The position numbers and the translations under genes are program-made. 64,000 nucleotides of DNA from Nitrospirota bacterium. Lineage in GTDB: Bacteria; JACPQY01. Shown one piece after another: positions 54,208 through 64,000 of the stretch. The stretch is from assembly GCA_016180645.1 (NCBI GenBank), contig JACPAV010000020.1, forward strand, positions 1 to 64,000, in the 5' to 3' direction. Positions within the stretch are counted from its first letter, which is position 1, and every line of letters starts with the position of its first letter. Below the pieces are notes generated by a model, which was not told the DNA's origin, made no database searches, and was given only the letters and a program-made list of their open reading frames with translations.

Positions 54208-57200
54208 TTACGGCAGGTTCGTAACGGGGACGGGGGTGAGGCGGTTGACGGTGGTGCCGTCGCCGAGCTGGCCGAAATCGCCGCGTCCCCAGCATTTGAC
54301 CGCGCCGTCGGAAAGAAGGGAACAGGTGTGAGAGGCTCCCCCCGCGACGGCCACACCGCCCGAAAGGGAAGACACGGCGATGGGAGTCAGGCGATTAGCG
54401 GTCGTCCCGTCCCCAAGCTGACCGTAGCCATTGTTCCCCCAGCATTTCACCGTGCCGTCGGAAAGAAGGGAACAGGTGTGAGAGGCGCCCCCCGCGACGG
54501 CGACAGTTCCCGACAGGCTGCTCACGGCCACGGGGGTCGATTTGTCCGCCGCCGTCCCATCCCCGATCTGACCGGTGTTATTCTGCCCCCAGCATTTCAC
54601 CGTGCCGTCGGATAGAAGGGAACAGGTGTGATCGTAGCTCCCCGCCACGGCCACAGTTCCCGACAGGTTGCTCACGGCCACGGGGTTCGATTTGTCCGCC
54701 GTCGTCCCATCCCCAAGCTGACCGAAGAGATTGTACCCCCAGCACTTCACCGTGCCGTCGGAAAGAAGGGAACAGGTGTGGGAGGTGCCCCCCGCCACGG
54801 CCACAGTTCCCGACAGGCTGCTCACGGCCACGGGGTTCGATTTGTTCACCGTCGTCCCGTCCCCAAGCTGACCGAAGAGATTGTACCCCCAGCACTTCAC
54901 CGTGCCGTCGGAAAGAAGGGAACAGGTGTGAAGCCCGCCCCCCACGATGGCCACACCGCCCGACAGGCTGCTCACGGCCACGGGGGTCGACTTGTCGGCG
55001 GTCGTCCCGTCCCCGAGTTGGCCAAAATTGTTGGCACCTCCGCCGCCCCAGCATTTCACCGTGCCGTCGGAAAGAAGCGAACAGGTGTGATTCTGGCCCC
55101 CGGACACGGCGACACCGCCCGTGAGATTGCTCACGGCCACGGGGGTCGTCTTTTGCGCCCCCGTCCCGTCCCCAAGCTGACCGTAGAGATTGTATCCCCA
55201 GCATTTCATCGTGCCGTCGGAAAGAAGGGAACAGGTGTGATTGCCGAGGTGGGCGGTGAGTCCTTCGCGCCACGGCCGGGCAGGGGCGCCGGAGGCAGTG
55301 CCTTCGTGGAGGCGCGGAAGTTTCACGCCCATCGGGCTGGCGGGCATGGAGACGGTAACGCGAGTCGATTTGTCTACCGTCGTCCCGTCCCCAAGCTCAC
55401 CGTAGAGATTGTTCCCCCAGCATTTCACCGTCCCATCCGAGGCGAGGGCGCAGGTGTGGGAGTTCCCTCCCGCCACGGCAACCGCGCCCGAAAGGGCGGA
55501 AACGACGACCGGAGTCGTCTTGTTCGCCGTCGTCCCGTCCCCAAGCTGACCATTGAGATTGTATCCCCAGCATTTCACCTTCCCATCCGAGGCGAGGGCG
55601 CAGGTGTGGTAGATCCCTCCCGCCATGGCGACCGCGCCGGAAAGGGTGGAAACGGCCACCGGAGTCGTCTTGTCCGCCGTCGTCCCATCCCCAAGCCCGC
55701 CATACAAATTGCGGCCCCAGCATTTCACCGTTCCATCCGAGGCGAGGGCGCAGGCGTGATAGTACCCTCCCGCCACGGCGACCGCGCCGGAAAGGGAGGT
55801 GACGGTCACGGGGGTCGATTTATTGACCGTCGTCCCGTCCCCAAGCTGACCAGAGCCATTGTCACCCCAGCATTTCACCGTGCCGTCGGAAAGAAGGGAA
55901 CAGGTGTGCCAGTTGCCCCCCGCGACGGCGACAGCCCCGCTCAGCGCGGACACGGCGATCGGGGTCGATTTGCCCACCGTCGTCCCGTCCCCTAGCCGAC
56001 CGCTGCCATTGTACCCCCAGCATTTCACCGTGCCGTCGGATAGGAGGGAACAGGTGTGAATATTACCCCCCGCGACGGCGACAGCCCCGCTCAGCGTGGA
56101 CACAGCGATGGGCGTCGTCTTATTCACCGTCGTCCCGTCCCCAAGCTGACCCTCGTTATTGTCCCCCCAGCACTTCACTTTGCCGTCGGAATGAAGGGAG
56201 CAGGTGTGATTGTAGCCCCCCGCAACGGCTACAGCCGCGCTCAGCGCGGACACAGCGACGGGGGTCGATTTATTGACCGTCGTCCCATCCCCAAGCTGAC
56301 CACTGGAATTGTATCCCCAGCATTTCACCGCTCCACCGGAGGCGAGGACGCACGTGTGGTAGCCGAAGTGGGTCGTGACGACCTGCGCAATGCCGATGGT
56401 GGACCACGTGAGGGCGGATTTTTCGACGGTGTTGGATTCGACGTTGAGGGCTTCATCGCGGGCGCGGACGCGGTAGTAGACTTTGGTTCCCTGCGTGAGC
56501 GAGCCGTCGTTGTACGTCGTCGCACCGGCCGAGGTTGTGAACGTCACGCTCCAGGTGGTGGTGCAGTAGTTGGGCGTGGTGGCGCGACAGATTTGGTACA
56601 CGATCGCGCCGGAAGCGCTCACGGTGTCCGACGCCGCGCTCCATGCGAGATCAACGTTCGTTGCCGACGTTGCCGTGGCGGAGGTCAGCCCGCCGAACGT
56701 CGGCGGCGTGTTGTCGAATGTGAACGCGTTCCCCGCGCCGGGCGTTTCGATGTTCGTCACGTTGTCGCTCGCCCGGGACTTGATCGTGTATGCGCTTCCA
56801 CTGACCCACGTTGGAAGTGTGAAGGAAGAATTCCATGAGGTGGTCCCCGACGTGGCAAGCCACACAAGCCCCGCCTGCCATGCGGAAGTTCCATCCCAGT
56901 AGAAGCTGTCGGAATTCCTCTGAACGGAAAGCTGCACGGTGTTGATTCCGCTTCCGGCGCCATCCGCAGCCGTACCGGAAATGAGGGCCAGCGAACTTAG
57001 CTTCGCGTTGTTGGCGGGCGTTGTGATCGCGGACGACGGCGCCGCCGTATCCGGTTTGAAGCCGTCCGAGAACGCCCACGCGCCGAAATTGTTGACATTG
57101 TCCTTACCACGAACGCAGTGGTAGTAGGTCGTTCCATTCGTCAGCGCGAGTCCGGTGCGATTGATGTTCGTGGCCACCAGTTGCGTGGTGCCGGCCATGT

Positions 57201-59790
57201 CTCCGGTGCATGCGGTGGAACTGCTGATGTTCTGTTCATAGCCCGCCACTCCGCTACCGGCATCGCTGAATCCCGCCCAATTCGAGTCCGTTGCATTCGT
57301 AGCCGACTGAAAATCGACATCCGCCCCCGTGCCGTCGTTCACCGTTCCCGCGGTGGGGCCCGCGGTATCCAATGTGATCGTATCGGAGACCGGCGAGCTG
57401 GGGTTTCCCGCGGCATCCGCGAACGTGGCATAGACCGTTTTGGTTCCATCGCCCGCCGCCAGGGTCCAAGCCTTCGAGGTGGAATAGGTTTCGAAGGACG
57501 AATAGGACGAATTGTCGTTCGAGAAGGACATGGACGTCGCTCCCGTAGCCGAGAGGGTGAGCGTGACGGAGGTGGTGCCGGCGTAGGCCGCACCGGCGTT
57601 GATCGAGTTCGTGCCGCCCGTGGGGGGGGTCTTGTCATTGGTTTTTGAGGTCACCGGGCTCTGATTCCCGGCCGCATCGCGGGCCACGATGTGGATCAGA
57701 TCCGACGCATCCGACTGATTGTCTCCAATACTGAAGGCGGTGAACGAGCCAGCGCCCGCGGCGGTGGACTGACCGATGAGCGCGGTGAGAAGGCCGTCCG
57801 AGAACACTTTGACGGTGCTGCCGCTTTCGACCGCGCCTGCGGAACCGGAAAGCTGGTCTGCCGTGCCCGGCAGATTCATGGTAACTGTGAGCTTCGTAGG
57901 GTCCGGCGCGGTGGGGGCTGTGGTGTCGGGAGGCGTACAAACAGCTCCCTCGTCCGTGAGGCCGTCGCAATCGTTGTCTTTTGAGTCGCAGATTTCTGTT
58001 GCGGGAGATCCGGCAACGGCATCGCAGACCGTGCCGGCTCCGTCCGTTTTGCACACGTTCGTCCCCGCCCTCCCACATTCCCCGACACCCGCCGAGCACA
58101 CCTGCCCTTTGTTCGTGAAGTCCTCGTCCGTTTTCGCGTCGCAGTCGTTGTCGGCGCCGTCGCAGGACTCGACGCCGGGCGACACCGTGGACGCGCAGGT
58201 AAGCGCTCCGGATACGCATACTTGTTTGCCGGGCGCGCAGACGCCGGGTTGGGAGGAGGTACAGGAAGCGGAGGGGAGGTCTTCGTCTGTTTTGCCGTCG
58301 CAATCGTTGTCCTTGCCGTCGCAAACCTCGGCGGCGGGGACTGAGGGGAGAGCGGAGCAGCGGGTGCCCAAGCCATCGGGCTTGCAGATAACCGTTCCGC
58401 TGGCCTGGCAGGCACCCACGCCAGCGGTGCAAGGTTGGCCGAGGGAGGCCCCCCCACCCACACCCTCCCCCGCCAAGGGGGAGGGGGCAATTATGAAGTC
58501 CTCGTCGATGAGCTGATCGCAGTCGTTGTCTTTGCCGTCGCAGATTTCGGCGGAAGGGGCGCACGCGGGCAGGACGGTGAAAGTGACGGTCGCGGGCGTG
58601 GAATCTTTGTTGCCCAGCGCGTCGCTCGCGGCTACGTTCAATGTGTAGGACCCGTCCTTCGACAATCCGCCTGAGGCGGACAGGACGAATGGGGTGGAGC
58701 ACGGTTTGGGCTCGAACGATTCGGGGCCTGTGAGGGAGCAACGGAATGTGCATGACGCCTCGTTGCACGCGAACGCGAAGGTGTACGGGTCGTTCGACGT
58801 GCGACGTTCGACGTTCGACGACACCACCGTCTCCGGTGGTGTGAGGTCCATTTCCTTGATCTCGATCTTGACCGCTGCCGGCGGCGTGACGCCCGCGGCC
58901 TTGAAGTCTTCCTTCACCTTCGTTTCCAGCTTCGTCGCGAGCGACTGGAAGGCCGCTTGCGCCTGCTCCTGCGTCGGCTTGGCCTGGGACGTTGCATCGG
59001 AAGCAATCTGAACGGCCTGGTCGAGCGTGATCTTCTTGGCTCCCTCAAGGGCCGGCGTGGCCAGAACCGTGGCCACTTCCACCAAGGTGGAGACTCCATT
59101 CCCATCCAGATCGGGAAGATCCACGTCGTTGAGGGCGATGGAGGTCTCCTCGATTTGGATCTCGAAGGAGACCGAGCCTGAAGGCTCGGCTACGGAACCT
59201 GCGGAAGGTTGACCTGCGGAGCCTGAAGGCTCCGCTACGGGAGGAGGAACCTTCATCTTCACGGTCGTCCTGACCTCGACGAGCGGGACATCCTGGTGCC
59301 GGCCGGGACGGACCCGCGTGCGGAAGGTGTTCTCGCCATCACGGGCGGCTTTCTTGGGTAGAAAGAAAGTGACCTCAAACGCAAAGGCAAGCTCGCCCTC
59401 TTCTGCCTGGCGACGCGCCGCCCCCCTGACACCGCCCCTCACGCCTCCGCGGACACCGGATGCCTCCGCCGCCCGGATGCCTCCTTGAACATCACCGCGC
59501 ACTCCGCCCCGGATGCCCCCGCGGATCCCCTCGGCCACCAACTCGTCGTTGACCAGGATGTCCGCCACCACCTCATCCTGCTCGGCCACACCGTTCAGGG
59601 CCGCAGCGACCTCGGTGGAAAGAGGCACGGAAACCGCCATCGGAACGGCGTCCTCAACAGCCGCATCAAGCGTGGCAGATTGCTCGGTTTTTCTCAGGCA
59701 AGACGATAGGATTGCTGACACAACAAGGAAACAAATCCCCCGTGCGAACAGGCGGTCCCTTCGCTCTGGTCTTCCCGCCCTCCCGTGCAT
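54208..59790 (-). CDS. Giant surface lipoprotein/adhesin: GIRGG region, Ig-like, Cys-rich CDGKDNDCD repeats, FN3 and 14 RCC1 repeats (two propellers)
   Basis: Own lipobox (FLVVSAILSSC) after ATG 59790; lies in the same open frame as the upstream recombinase. Confidence 0.85.
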   Translation of the reverse strand: MHGRAGRPERRDRLFARGICFLVVSAILSSCLRKTEQSATLDAAVEDAVPMAVSVPLSTEVAAALNGVAEQDEVVADILVNDELVAEGIRGGIRGGVRGDVQGGIRAAEASGVRGGVRGGVRGAARRQAEEGELAFAFEVTFFLPKKAARDGENTFRTRVRPGRHQDVPLVEVRTTVKMKVPPPVAEPSGSAGQPSAGSVAEPSGSVSFEIQIEETSIALNDVDLPDLDGNGVSTLVEVATVLATPALEGAKKITLDQAVQIASDATSQAKPTQEQAQAAFQSLATKLETKVKEDFKAAGVTPPAAVKIEIKEMDLTPPETVVSSNVERRTSNDPYTFAFACNEASCTFRCSLTGPESFEPKPCSTPFVLSASGGLSKDGSYTLNVAASDALGNKDSTPATVTFTVLPACAPSAEICDGKDNDCDQLIDEDFIIAPSPLAGEGVGGGASLGQPCTAGVGACQASGTVICKPDGLGTRCSALPSVPAAEVCDGKDNDCDGKTDEDLPSASCTSSQPGVCAPGKQVCVSGALTCASTVSPGVESCDGADNDCDAKTDEDFTNKGQVCSAGVGECGRAGTNVCKTDGAGTVCDAVAGSPATEICDSKDNDCDGLTDEGAVCTPPDTTAPTAPDPTKLTVTMNLPGTADQLSGSAGAVESGSTVKVFSDGLLTALIGQSTAAGAGSFTAFSIGDNQSDASDLIHIVARDAAGNQSPVTSKTNDKTPPTGGTNSINAGAAYAGTTSVTLTLSATGATSMSFSNDNSSYSSFETYSTSKAWTLAAGDGTKTVYATFADAAGNPSSPVSDTITLDTAGPTAGTVNDGTGADVDFQSATNATDSNWAGFSDAGSGVAGYEQNISSSTACTGDMAGTTQLVATNINRTGLALTNGTTYYHCVRGKDNVNNFGAWAFSDGFKPDTAAPSSAITTPANNAKLSSLALISGTAADGAGSGINTVQLSVQRNSDSFYWDGTSAWQAGLVWLATSGTTSWNSSFTLPTWVSGSAYTIKSRASDNVTNIETPGAGNAFTFDNTPPTFGGLTSATATSATNVDLAWSAASDTVSASGAIVYQICRATTPNYCTTTWSVTFTTSAGATTYNDGSLTQGTKVYYRVRARDEALNVESNTVEKSALTWSTIGIAQVVTTHFGYHTCVLASGGAVKCWGYNSSGQLGDGTTVNKSTPVAVSALSAAVAVAGGYNHTCSLHSDGKVKCWGDNNEGQLGDGTTVNKTTPIAVSTLSGAVAVAGGNIHTCSLLSDGTVKCWGYNGSGRLGDGTTVGKSTPIAVSALSGAVAVAGGNWHTCSLLSDGTVKCWGDNGSGQLGDGTTVNKSTPVTVTSLSGAVAVAGGYYHACALASDGTVKCWGRNLYGGLGDGTTADKTTPVAVSTLSGAVAMAGGIYHTCALASDGKVKCWGYNLNGQLGDGTTANKTTPVVVSALSGAVAVAGGNSHTCALASDGTVKCWGNNLYGELGDGTTVDKSTRVTVSMPASPMGVKLPRLHEGTASGAPARPWREGLTAHLGNHTCSLLSDGTMKCWGYNLYGQLGDGTGAQKTTPVAVSNLTGGVAVSGGQNHTCSLLSDGTVKCWGGGGANNFGQLGDGTTADKSTPVAVSSLSGGVAIVGGGLHTCSLLSDGTVKCWGYNLFGQLGDGTTVNKSNPVAVSSLSGTVAVAGGTSHTCSLLSDGTVKCWGYNLFGQLGDGTTADKSNPVAVSNLSGTVAVAGSYDHTCSLLSDGTVKCWGQNNTGQIGDGTAADKSTPVAVSSLSGTVAVAGGASHTCSLLSDGTVKCWGNNGYGQLGDGTTANRLTPIAVSSLSGGVAVAGGASHTCSLLSDGAVKCWGRGDFGQLGDGTTVNRLTPVPVTNLP
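54230..56360 (-). repeat. 14 near-identical ~150-bp RCC1 coding repeats in two blocks of 7
   Basis: CGTCCC(G/A)TCCCCAAGCTGACC-like core recurs every 150 bp within each block. Confidence 0.9.
58449..58487 (-). repeat. REP-like palindrome in frame (PSPLAGEGVGGG)
   Basis: CCCTCCCCC GCCAA GGGGGAGGG hairpin interrupting a Cys-rich repeat. Confidence 0.75.
59172..59238 (-). repeat. Two GTAG-type REP hairpins in frame (VAEPSGS x2)
   Basis: GTAG-CCGAGCC TTCA GGCTCGG and GTAG-CGGAGCC TTCA GGCTCCG. Confidence 0.7.
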
Positions 59791-59952
59791 TCCGTCTACT
59801 CTACGCCTGCCGGCCCATAGGTCAAGCATGCCAGCCAGGACGGTGCGGTACTCGGCTCCAGAGCCGAGCCACGAAGGTGAGGCATACTTGGCCGAGTGCC
59901 CCGGGGGCCGATTCCATGTGGGTTGGGGCCGAACAAACCGGTCATGCAGAAT

Positions 59953-61509
59953 GGGGGCGCAACCGTGGCTCAAAGAAAGATCACCTATGGGAATGATATG
60001 GCGGATGGTGATGCGACGTCCTTTGACGATCACGCGGTCCACCAGGAGGCGCAGGATGTTCACCTTTTGCTCGAAGCTCGGATTCTGAAGAGCCTTGACA
60101 ACTTCCTCGCACAAGCCTTTCACGCCTTCGATCAAGTGTAGCTGTTTCCGTTCCTCTTGGCGACGCGCTTCGAGCTCGGCGAGACGGGTTCGCAGGTGCG
60201 TCTTCTGATGGGCGATCCGCTCTTTTCTTTCTTTGAGCCGGTCCATCTCGATCTGGCCGCTCTGGTACGCATCGAGCAGTCTCTCCTCCTCCTTCTCCAG
60301 CATCCGGAGCCGGATGTCGATGCGATTGTGTTCGCGCTCTTCGACCGTCTGGTGCATGGGGTCCGGGAGGCCCTGGGCCGCGTACTGAAGGATGAGATCC
60401 GGTCGGCTCAGGATCTTTTGGAGGGACTGCCACACGATCCGCTCGACGGGATCGGCCGGCACCCCGGGGGCCTTGCATCGATCGGGACGGTCCAGGGGAT
60501 ACCTCGCCGGGCAGAGGTAGAGATGCTGATCTCCGGTGCTGGGGTGGCCCACCAAGCGGCGCCCACACCCACCACAGATGAGCAGGCTCTTGAGGAGATA
60601 GGCGTGCTGGGTGTTGTGCCGCCGGGAGAACCGAGAATGCTTGTCGAGTCGCTCCTGCGCCTCCTGCCAGGTCTTCTCGTCCACGATCGCCGGACAGGGC
60701 ACCGCGATCCACTCTTCCTTCGGGCGATGCGTTCGGCCCCGTTTGAGACCCGGCCGGATGTCCTTCCATCCCTGCCGGCCGATCGGATGCACTCGGTCCG
60801 AGAACGTCTCGCGGTTGGCATACCGCCGCCCCTTGTAGCACTCCTTCCGAAGCACGGTGGAAACATACCCCGACGACCAGTACCCCGGACCTTTGCGCAT
60901 GGGCATGCGGCGTTCATTGAGGCGCCGGGCGATCTCGCGGGTGTTCAAATCCTGTTCCACCAACCCCGTGTACATCAACCGCACGGCTTCGGCTTCCGCC
61001 TCATGGATCTTGATCGCCCCGCCGATGCCGTCGTCGCTTTTTCGGATAAAGGCGTACCCAAAGGGGGCCCGACCGCCCGTGATCCGACCCTGCTTGGCCG
61101 CCAAGATGAGGGTACGTTCATACTGTGCGAACACCCCTTGCATCTGGAGAAGCATCTGGTCCTCCGGCCGGTCCGAGTACCGATGGTTCAGGAAAACCAC
61201 TTCAACTCCGGCCTTCTTGAACTCATCCAAGAGGACCATCTGGACCACGAAGTCGCGGGCCAACCGGTCCGGCTGATAGACGTAGAGGAGTTCCATCCTC
61301 CCCTCGTGGATGTCGTCGCGAAGCCGCTCCAAGGCCGGGCGGTGGAGCACCGTTCCGCTCTGGTTCACATCCACATACTCGCGTTCGGACTCCACCTCGT
61401 TGCCATCGGCCTTCGCCCGCTCCCGCAGGGCATCGACCTGACTCTCAATCGTGTGACTCTCGTCCTCCGGACGAGGCGAAATCCGGGCGTACAAGGCGCT
61501 AATCTTCAT
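59953..61509 (-). CDS. Large serine recombinase (resolvase, recombinase, Zn-ribbon, coiled coil) with no stop codon of its own
   Basis: ALYARIS catalytic Ser, SGTVLHRPAL, PDRLAR, APFGY, YLLKSLLICGGCG; AGGAGG RBS. Confidence 0.9.
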
Positions 61510-61717
61510 CGTATCCTCCTGAGGCTTTGAGCAGGGGTTCCGTCTCGACGCATCTTCCCGTCATCGACGGATCGTTCGTTTTCCTCCGGTTCATCCCAGG
61601 AGGGGAGCGCAAAATCCGATAGGCCCGCCTCAAATACGCCTCCGCCTCGCGGTGCCGGATCTCTTCCCATTCCATCTCCCACGCAGTCTCCTTCTTCCTT
61701 GACGCGATCCGAGGCAT
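61499..61717 (-). CDS. Small hypothetical protein upstream of the recombinase
   Basis: Overlaps the recombinase start; EAEAYLRRAYRIL helix. Confidence 0.45.
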   Translation of the reverse strand: MPRIASRKKETAWEMEWEEIRHREAEAYLRRAYRILRSPPGMNRRKTNDPSMTGRCVETEPLLKASGGYDED

Positions 61718-62164
61718 GGAACACTCCTCCCGCCCCCCCGAACCCTCACCTCTTCCTTTTCTTCTGTGAGTCGGTCAGGGGAAGGGGAAGATTCGGCGGG
61801 CGTTCGTTTCAGGCGCGGGGGGAGAAACTTCTTCTGATACAAAAGGGGGTAGATACAGCCCCGCGCTCCTTCACGAAGAGATCGCCTCCAACGGTAAGCG
61901 ATGTGATGCCGACACTGGCACACATCCCAATAAGGCGCTTTACATTTGTTCGGCGGGAAAACCAACTTCTGAGGATGCTTGAAGATCTCGAACTCGATAT
62001 AGGTTTTTATTGAGCTAAGATTGGGGGCGTAATCCGCACAAACTCGGAATTCGAGGGCCTCCCGGCCTGTAGGACCCGTTTGCAGCGTTTCCGCAGTTCT
62101 CAGGATGTCGACCCATTACGCTCAGTGTGTCATGCGACCGATCTTGTACCAGTTCCCACCCACG

Positions 62165-63178
62165 TCAGAATTTCAGCGTGAACTGGAATCGGAGGGGATT
62201 ATTCAAGGGGTCAACCAGGAATAGGGTGGTGCCGACCGCGATGTTGTACCAGAAGTGTGCGGCCACGACAGGCGCAAGACGGTGTGAGCGCTTGTCGAAG
62301 AGGAGTCCCAGGTAGAGTCCCCCAAGAGTGCCGTTCAGAAAGCGATCCGTTTTTTCCGTGGACGTGCCTGAGGGGAGGGTGTGGGCGAATCCAAAGAGGG
62401 CGGAGGCGAGGAGTATGCCCGGCCAACGACCGGTACTGTCCTGAAGTTCTTCCTGAACCATACCTCGCCAGAAAGCCTCCTCGGCCGCAGCCGTCATGAT
62501 GGACCCCGAGACAAGTTCGCTTCCGTAGAGGGCTGTGCCGGAAGATTTGGAGAACGTATGGTCGGCGCGTTCGATGGTCCTGATGTCGTCGTAACGAGAG
62601 GCGCGGCGCGTGAGCGCTTCGATCGTGGTGGCGGAGGAAGCGAGGATCCATCCGAAGTGGACCCAAGGGTCGCTGAGTGTGGTGGGTGAGAAGGGGGCAA
62701 GAAGGAGCCGCCCCTCGGAGGGCGGAGCGTTGGCCAGGCCGTTTGTGCGGGACTGTCTGAATGAATGCCGGGCGGCAAGATAGGTCGTGGCGATGCTGAG
62801 CTGGTAGGTTTTCTCGGCCAAGTGGTAGGCGATGTTTTGATCGGCATATGAATAGTCGGTGGCGGAGCGATCAAGGATGTAGCCTGTCGCGACGAGCGCT
62901 GCGGGAGCCGCGGAATACGCTGCGGCTCGGGAGTAGTCGCCAAGGTATGCGTGCCCTGCGCCGGGAATCAAAGACAGGAGCATTGCACGAGACATGCTGC
63001 GATTCGCGGGGCCGTCGACGTAGGCCGGGTCGACCGTCCTGGTCGCTTCCGGCACCGCTTCGGCATCCTGCCGGCGGGAAGGATCTGCCAGGGAGAGCCG
63101 GGGGCCGGGGGAGCAAAGGATACCGGTGATGAACGCGGTCGTTGTGACGATCAATCGACAGCGCTGTTGGGGGGCCAT
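62165..63178 (-). CDS. CPBP (CAAX/Abi) intramembrane glutamic endopeptidase
   Basis: EEAFWRG, LFGFAH, AHFWYN motifs; LSLIPGAGH.Y N-terminal motif. Confidence 0.85.
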   Translation of the reverse strand: MAPQQRCRLIVTTTAFITGILCSPGPRLSLADPSRRQDAEAVPEATRTVDPAYVDGPANRSMSRAMLLSLIPGAGHAYLGDYSRAAAYSAAPAALVATGYILDRSATDYSYADQNIAYHLAEKTYQLSIATTYLAARHSFRQSRTNGLANAPPSEGRLLLAPFSPTTLSDPWVHFGWILASSATTIEALTRRASRYDDIRTIERADHTFSKSSGTALYGSELVSGSIMTAAAEEAFWRGMVQEELQDSTGRWPGILLASALFGFAHTLPSGTSTEKTDRFLNGTLGGLYLGLLFDKRSHRLAPVVAAHFWYNIAVGTTLFLVDPLNNPLRFQFTLKF

Positions 63179-64000
63179 AGGCTTTATGGAGAATTTATCA
63201 CAGAAGATGGTCGCGGAGTTGAGCCGACAGGGAACGGAATGGATGGTAGCTGGGCCGGTGCCGGGGATTGGGTGAGCTACAATAGAGGCATGTTGGCGCA
63301 TAGAAAAGGTGGCGCATGATGAAGCAGGCATTGGTGAGCCCCTTTGGATTCGTGTGGCTGTGGCTACGGGTAGGCTTTATCCGGGCGGCGGCGATCCAGG
63401 TGTTTCTTCTGGTGTTGGCGGGGTTTGTTGCTGCGATGGGTCTATGGATGTTTACGGGGCAGTGGCTCTGGACGCGCCTTGGTATTCCGGCTGCGATTCA
63501 GGTGGGGATTGCGGCTTCTGGATGTGGTGCGATCGTTGTCGGATTCTATCCGAGGACGGCGAAGAGGGTTTGGCTTGTATTCTCCTCGGTAGTGGGCTCA
63601 TGGGCGGTGCGCAGGGGTGAAGGGTTTGCAGTCGAACGTTCGGTGGTGTGCGTGGGGATGGTGATCGCCGCGCTGGCATTCTTGTCCTTCTACCGGATTG
63701 AGTGGGGCCGGAGTGGAGGGGCCAAGTGTGGGGTGGTCAATAGCGTAGCAAGACTCGCGGGAGAAGGAGATGAACGGGAAAGGTGCGGCCTGTCGGTTGA
63801 GGCGCTAGGAACCTGGGCTGATCAGCGAAGCCTCATGGGAATGGGGTGGCATGGAGCTGTGCGGTGTGTGTCGAGGCCTTGGATTGGTTCGAAAGTGGCG
63901 TGGGTGAGTGACCATTTTAGTGCAACGGATGGAGCGGCGAACTCTTGGAATTGGATGCGCCAGGCGGAGGAAAAGTATGGAACGGGTTGGTGTGGCCGGG

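Larger units (their letters stand above)
59948..62032 (-). mobile_element. Putative ~2.07-kb large-serine-recombinase element bounded by imperfect direct repeats
   Basis: AGAATGGGGGCGCAA (59948-59962) and AGATTGGGGGCGTAA (62018-62032) flank the recombinase. Confidence 0.5.

Noticed and set aside
54628-55995. Repetitive 455-aa plus-strand ORF
   Set aside because: Antisense translation of the RCC1 repeats.
54230-56360. Diversity-generating retroelement TR/VR pair
   Set aside because: All repeats are coding propeller blades and no reverse transcriptase is present.
54208-61509. A single evolved 2433-aa recombinase-adhesin protein
   Set aside because: The internal lipoprotein signal and candidate att repeat favour read-through after insertion; annotated as two genes.
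60157-61530. 457-aa plus-strand ORF
   Set aside because: Antisense shadow of the recombinase with no motifs.
63332-64000. Short ORFs at the right end
   Set aside because: G/T-skewed sequence with no convincing start or homology signal.

Overview
GC-rich bacterial window; the gene content suggests a Deltaproteobacteria/Myxococcota/Bdellovibrionota-type organism (inference). From left to right it holds: (1) a TPAT-type TRAP locus (tatT plus four tandem dctP/tatP paralogues); (2) an XRE regulator, a 59-aa histone-fold gene missing from the ORF track and a radical SAM enzyme; (3) a long surface-protein/lipid-transport operon (RCC1-repeat lipoprotein, two large lipoproteins, LolA-like protein, outer-membrane barrel, MMPL, TPR protein, sigma54 activator); (4) cargo genes (duplicated hypothetical, GGDEF, degenerate SAMHD1-like HD protein, Ig-like lipoprotein); (5) a divergent, apparently incomplete F-type T4SS/ICE-like cluster with two parS-like palindromes at its centre; (6) a BrnTA toxin-antitoxin pair and a giant RCC1 adhesin read in frame from a large serine recombinase that is flanked by candidate att repeats; (7) a CPBP protease. 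The most unusual signals are a 57-bp (19-codon) dispersed repeat that sits in frame inside many genes and nests in itself at a fixed site, a ~114-bp inverted-repeat element at gene junctions that supplies stop and start codons, the histone gene, and the recombinase-adhesin fusion. No rRNA, tRNA or CRISPR array was recognised. All calls were made by eye and no database search was run.
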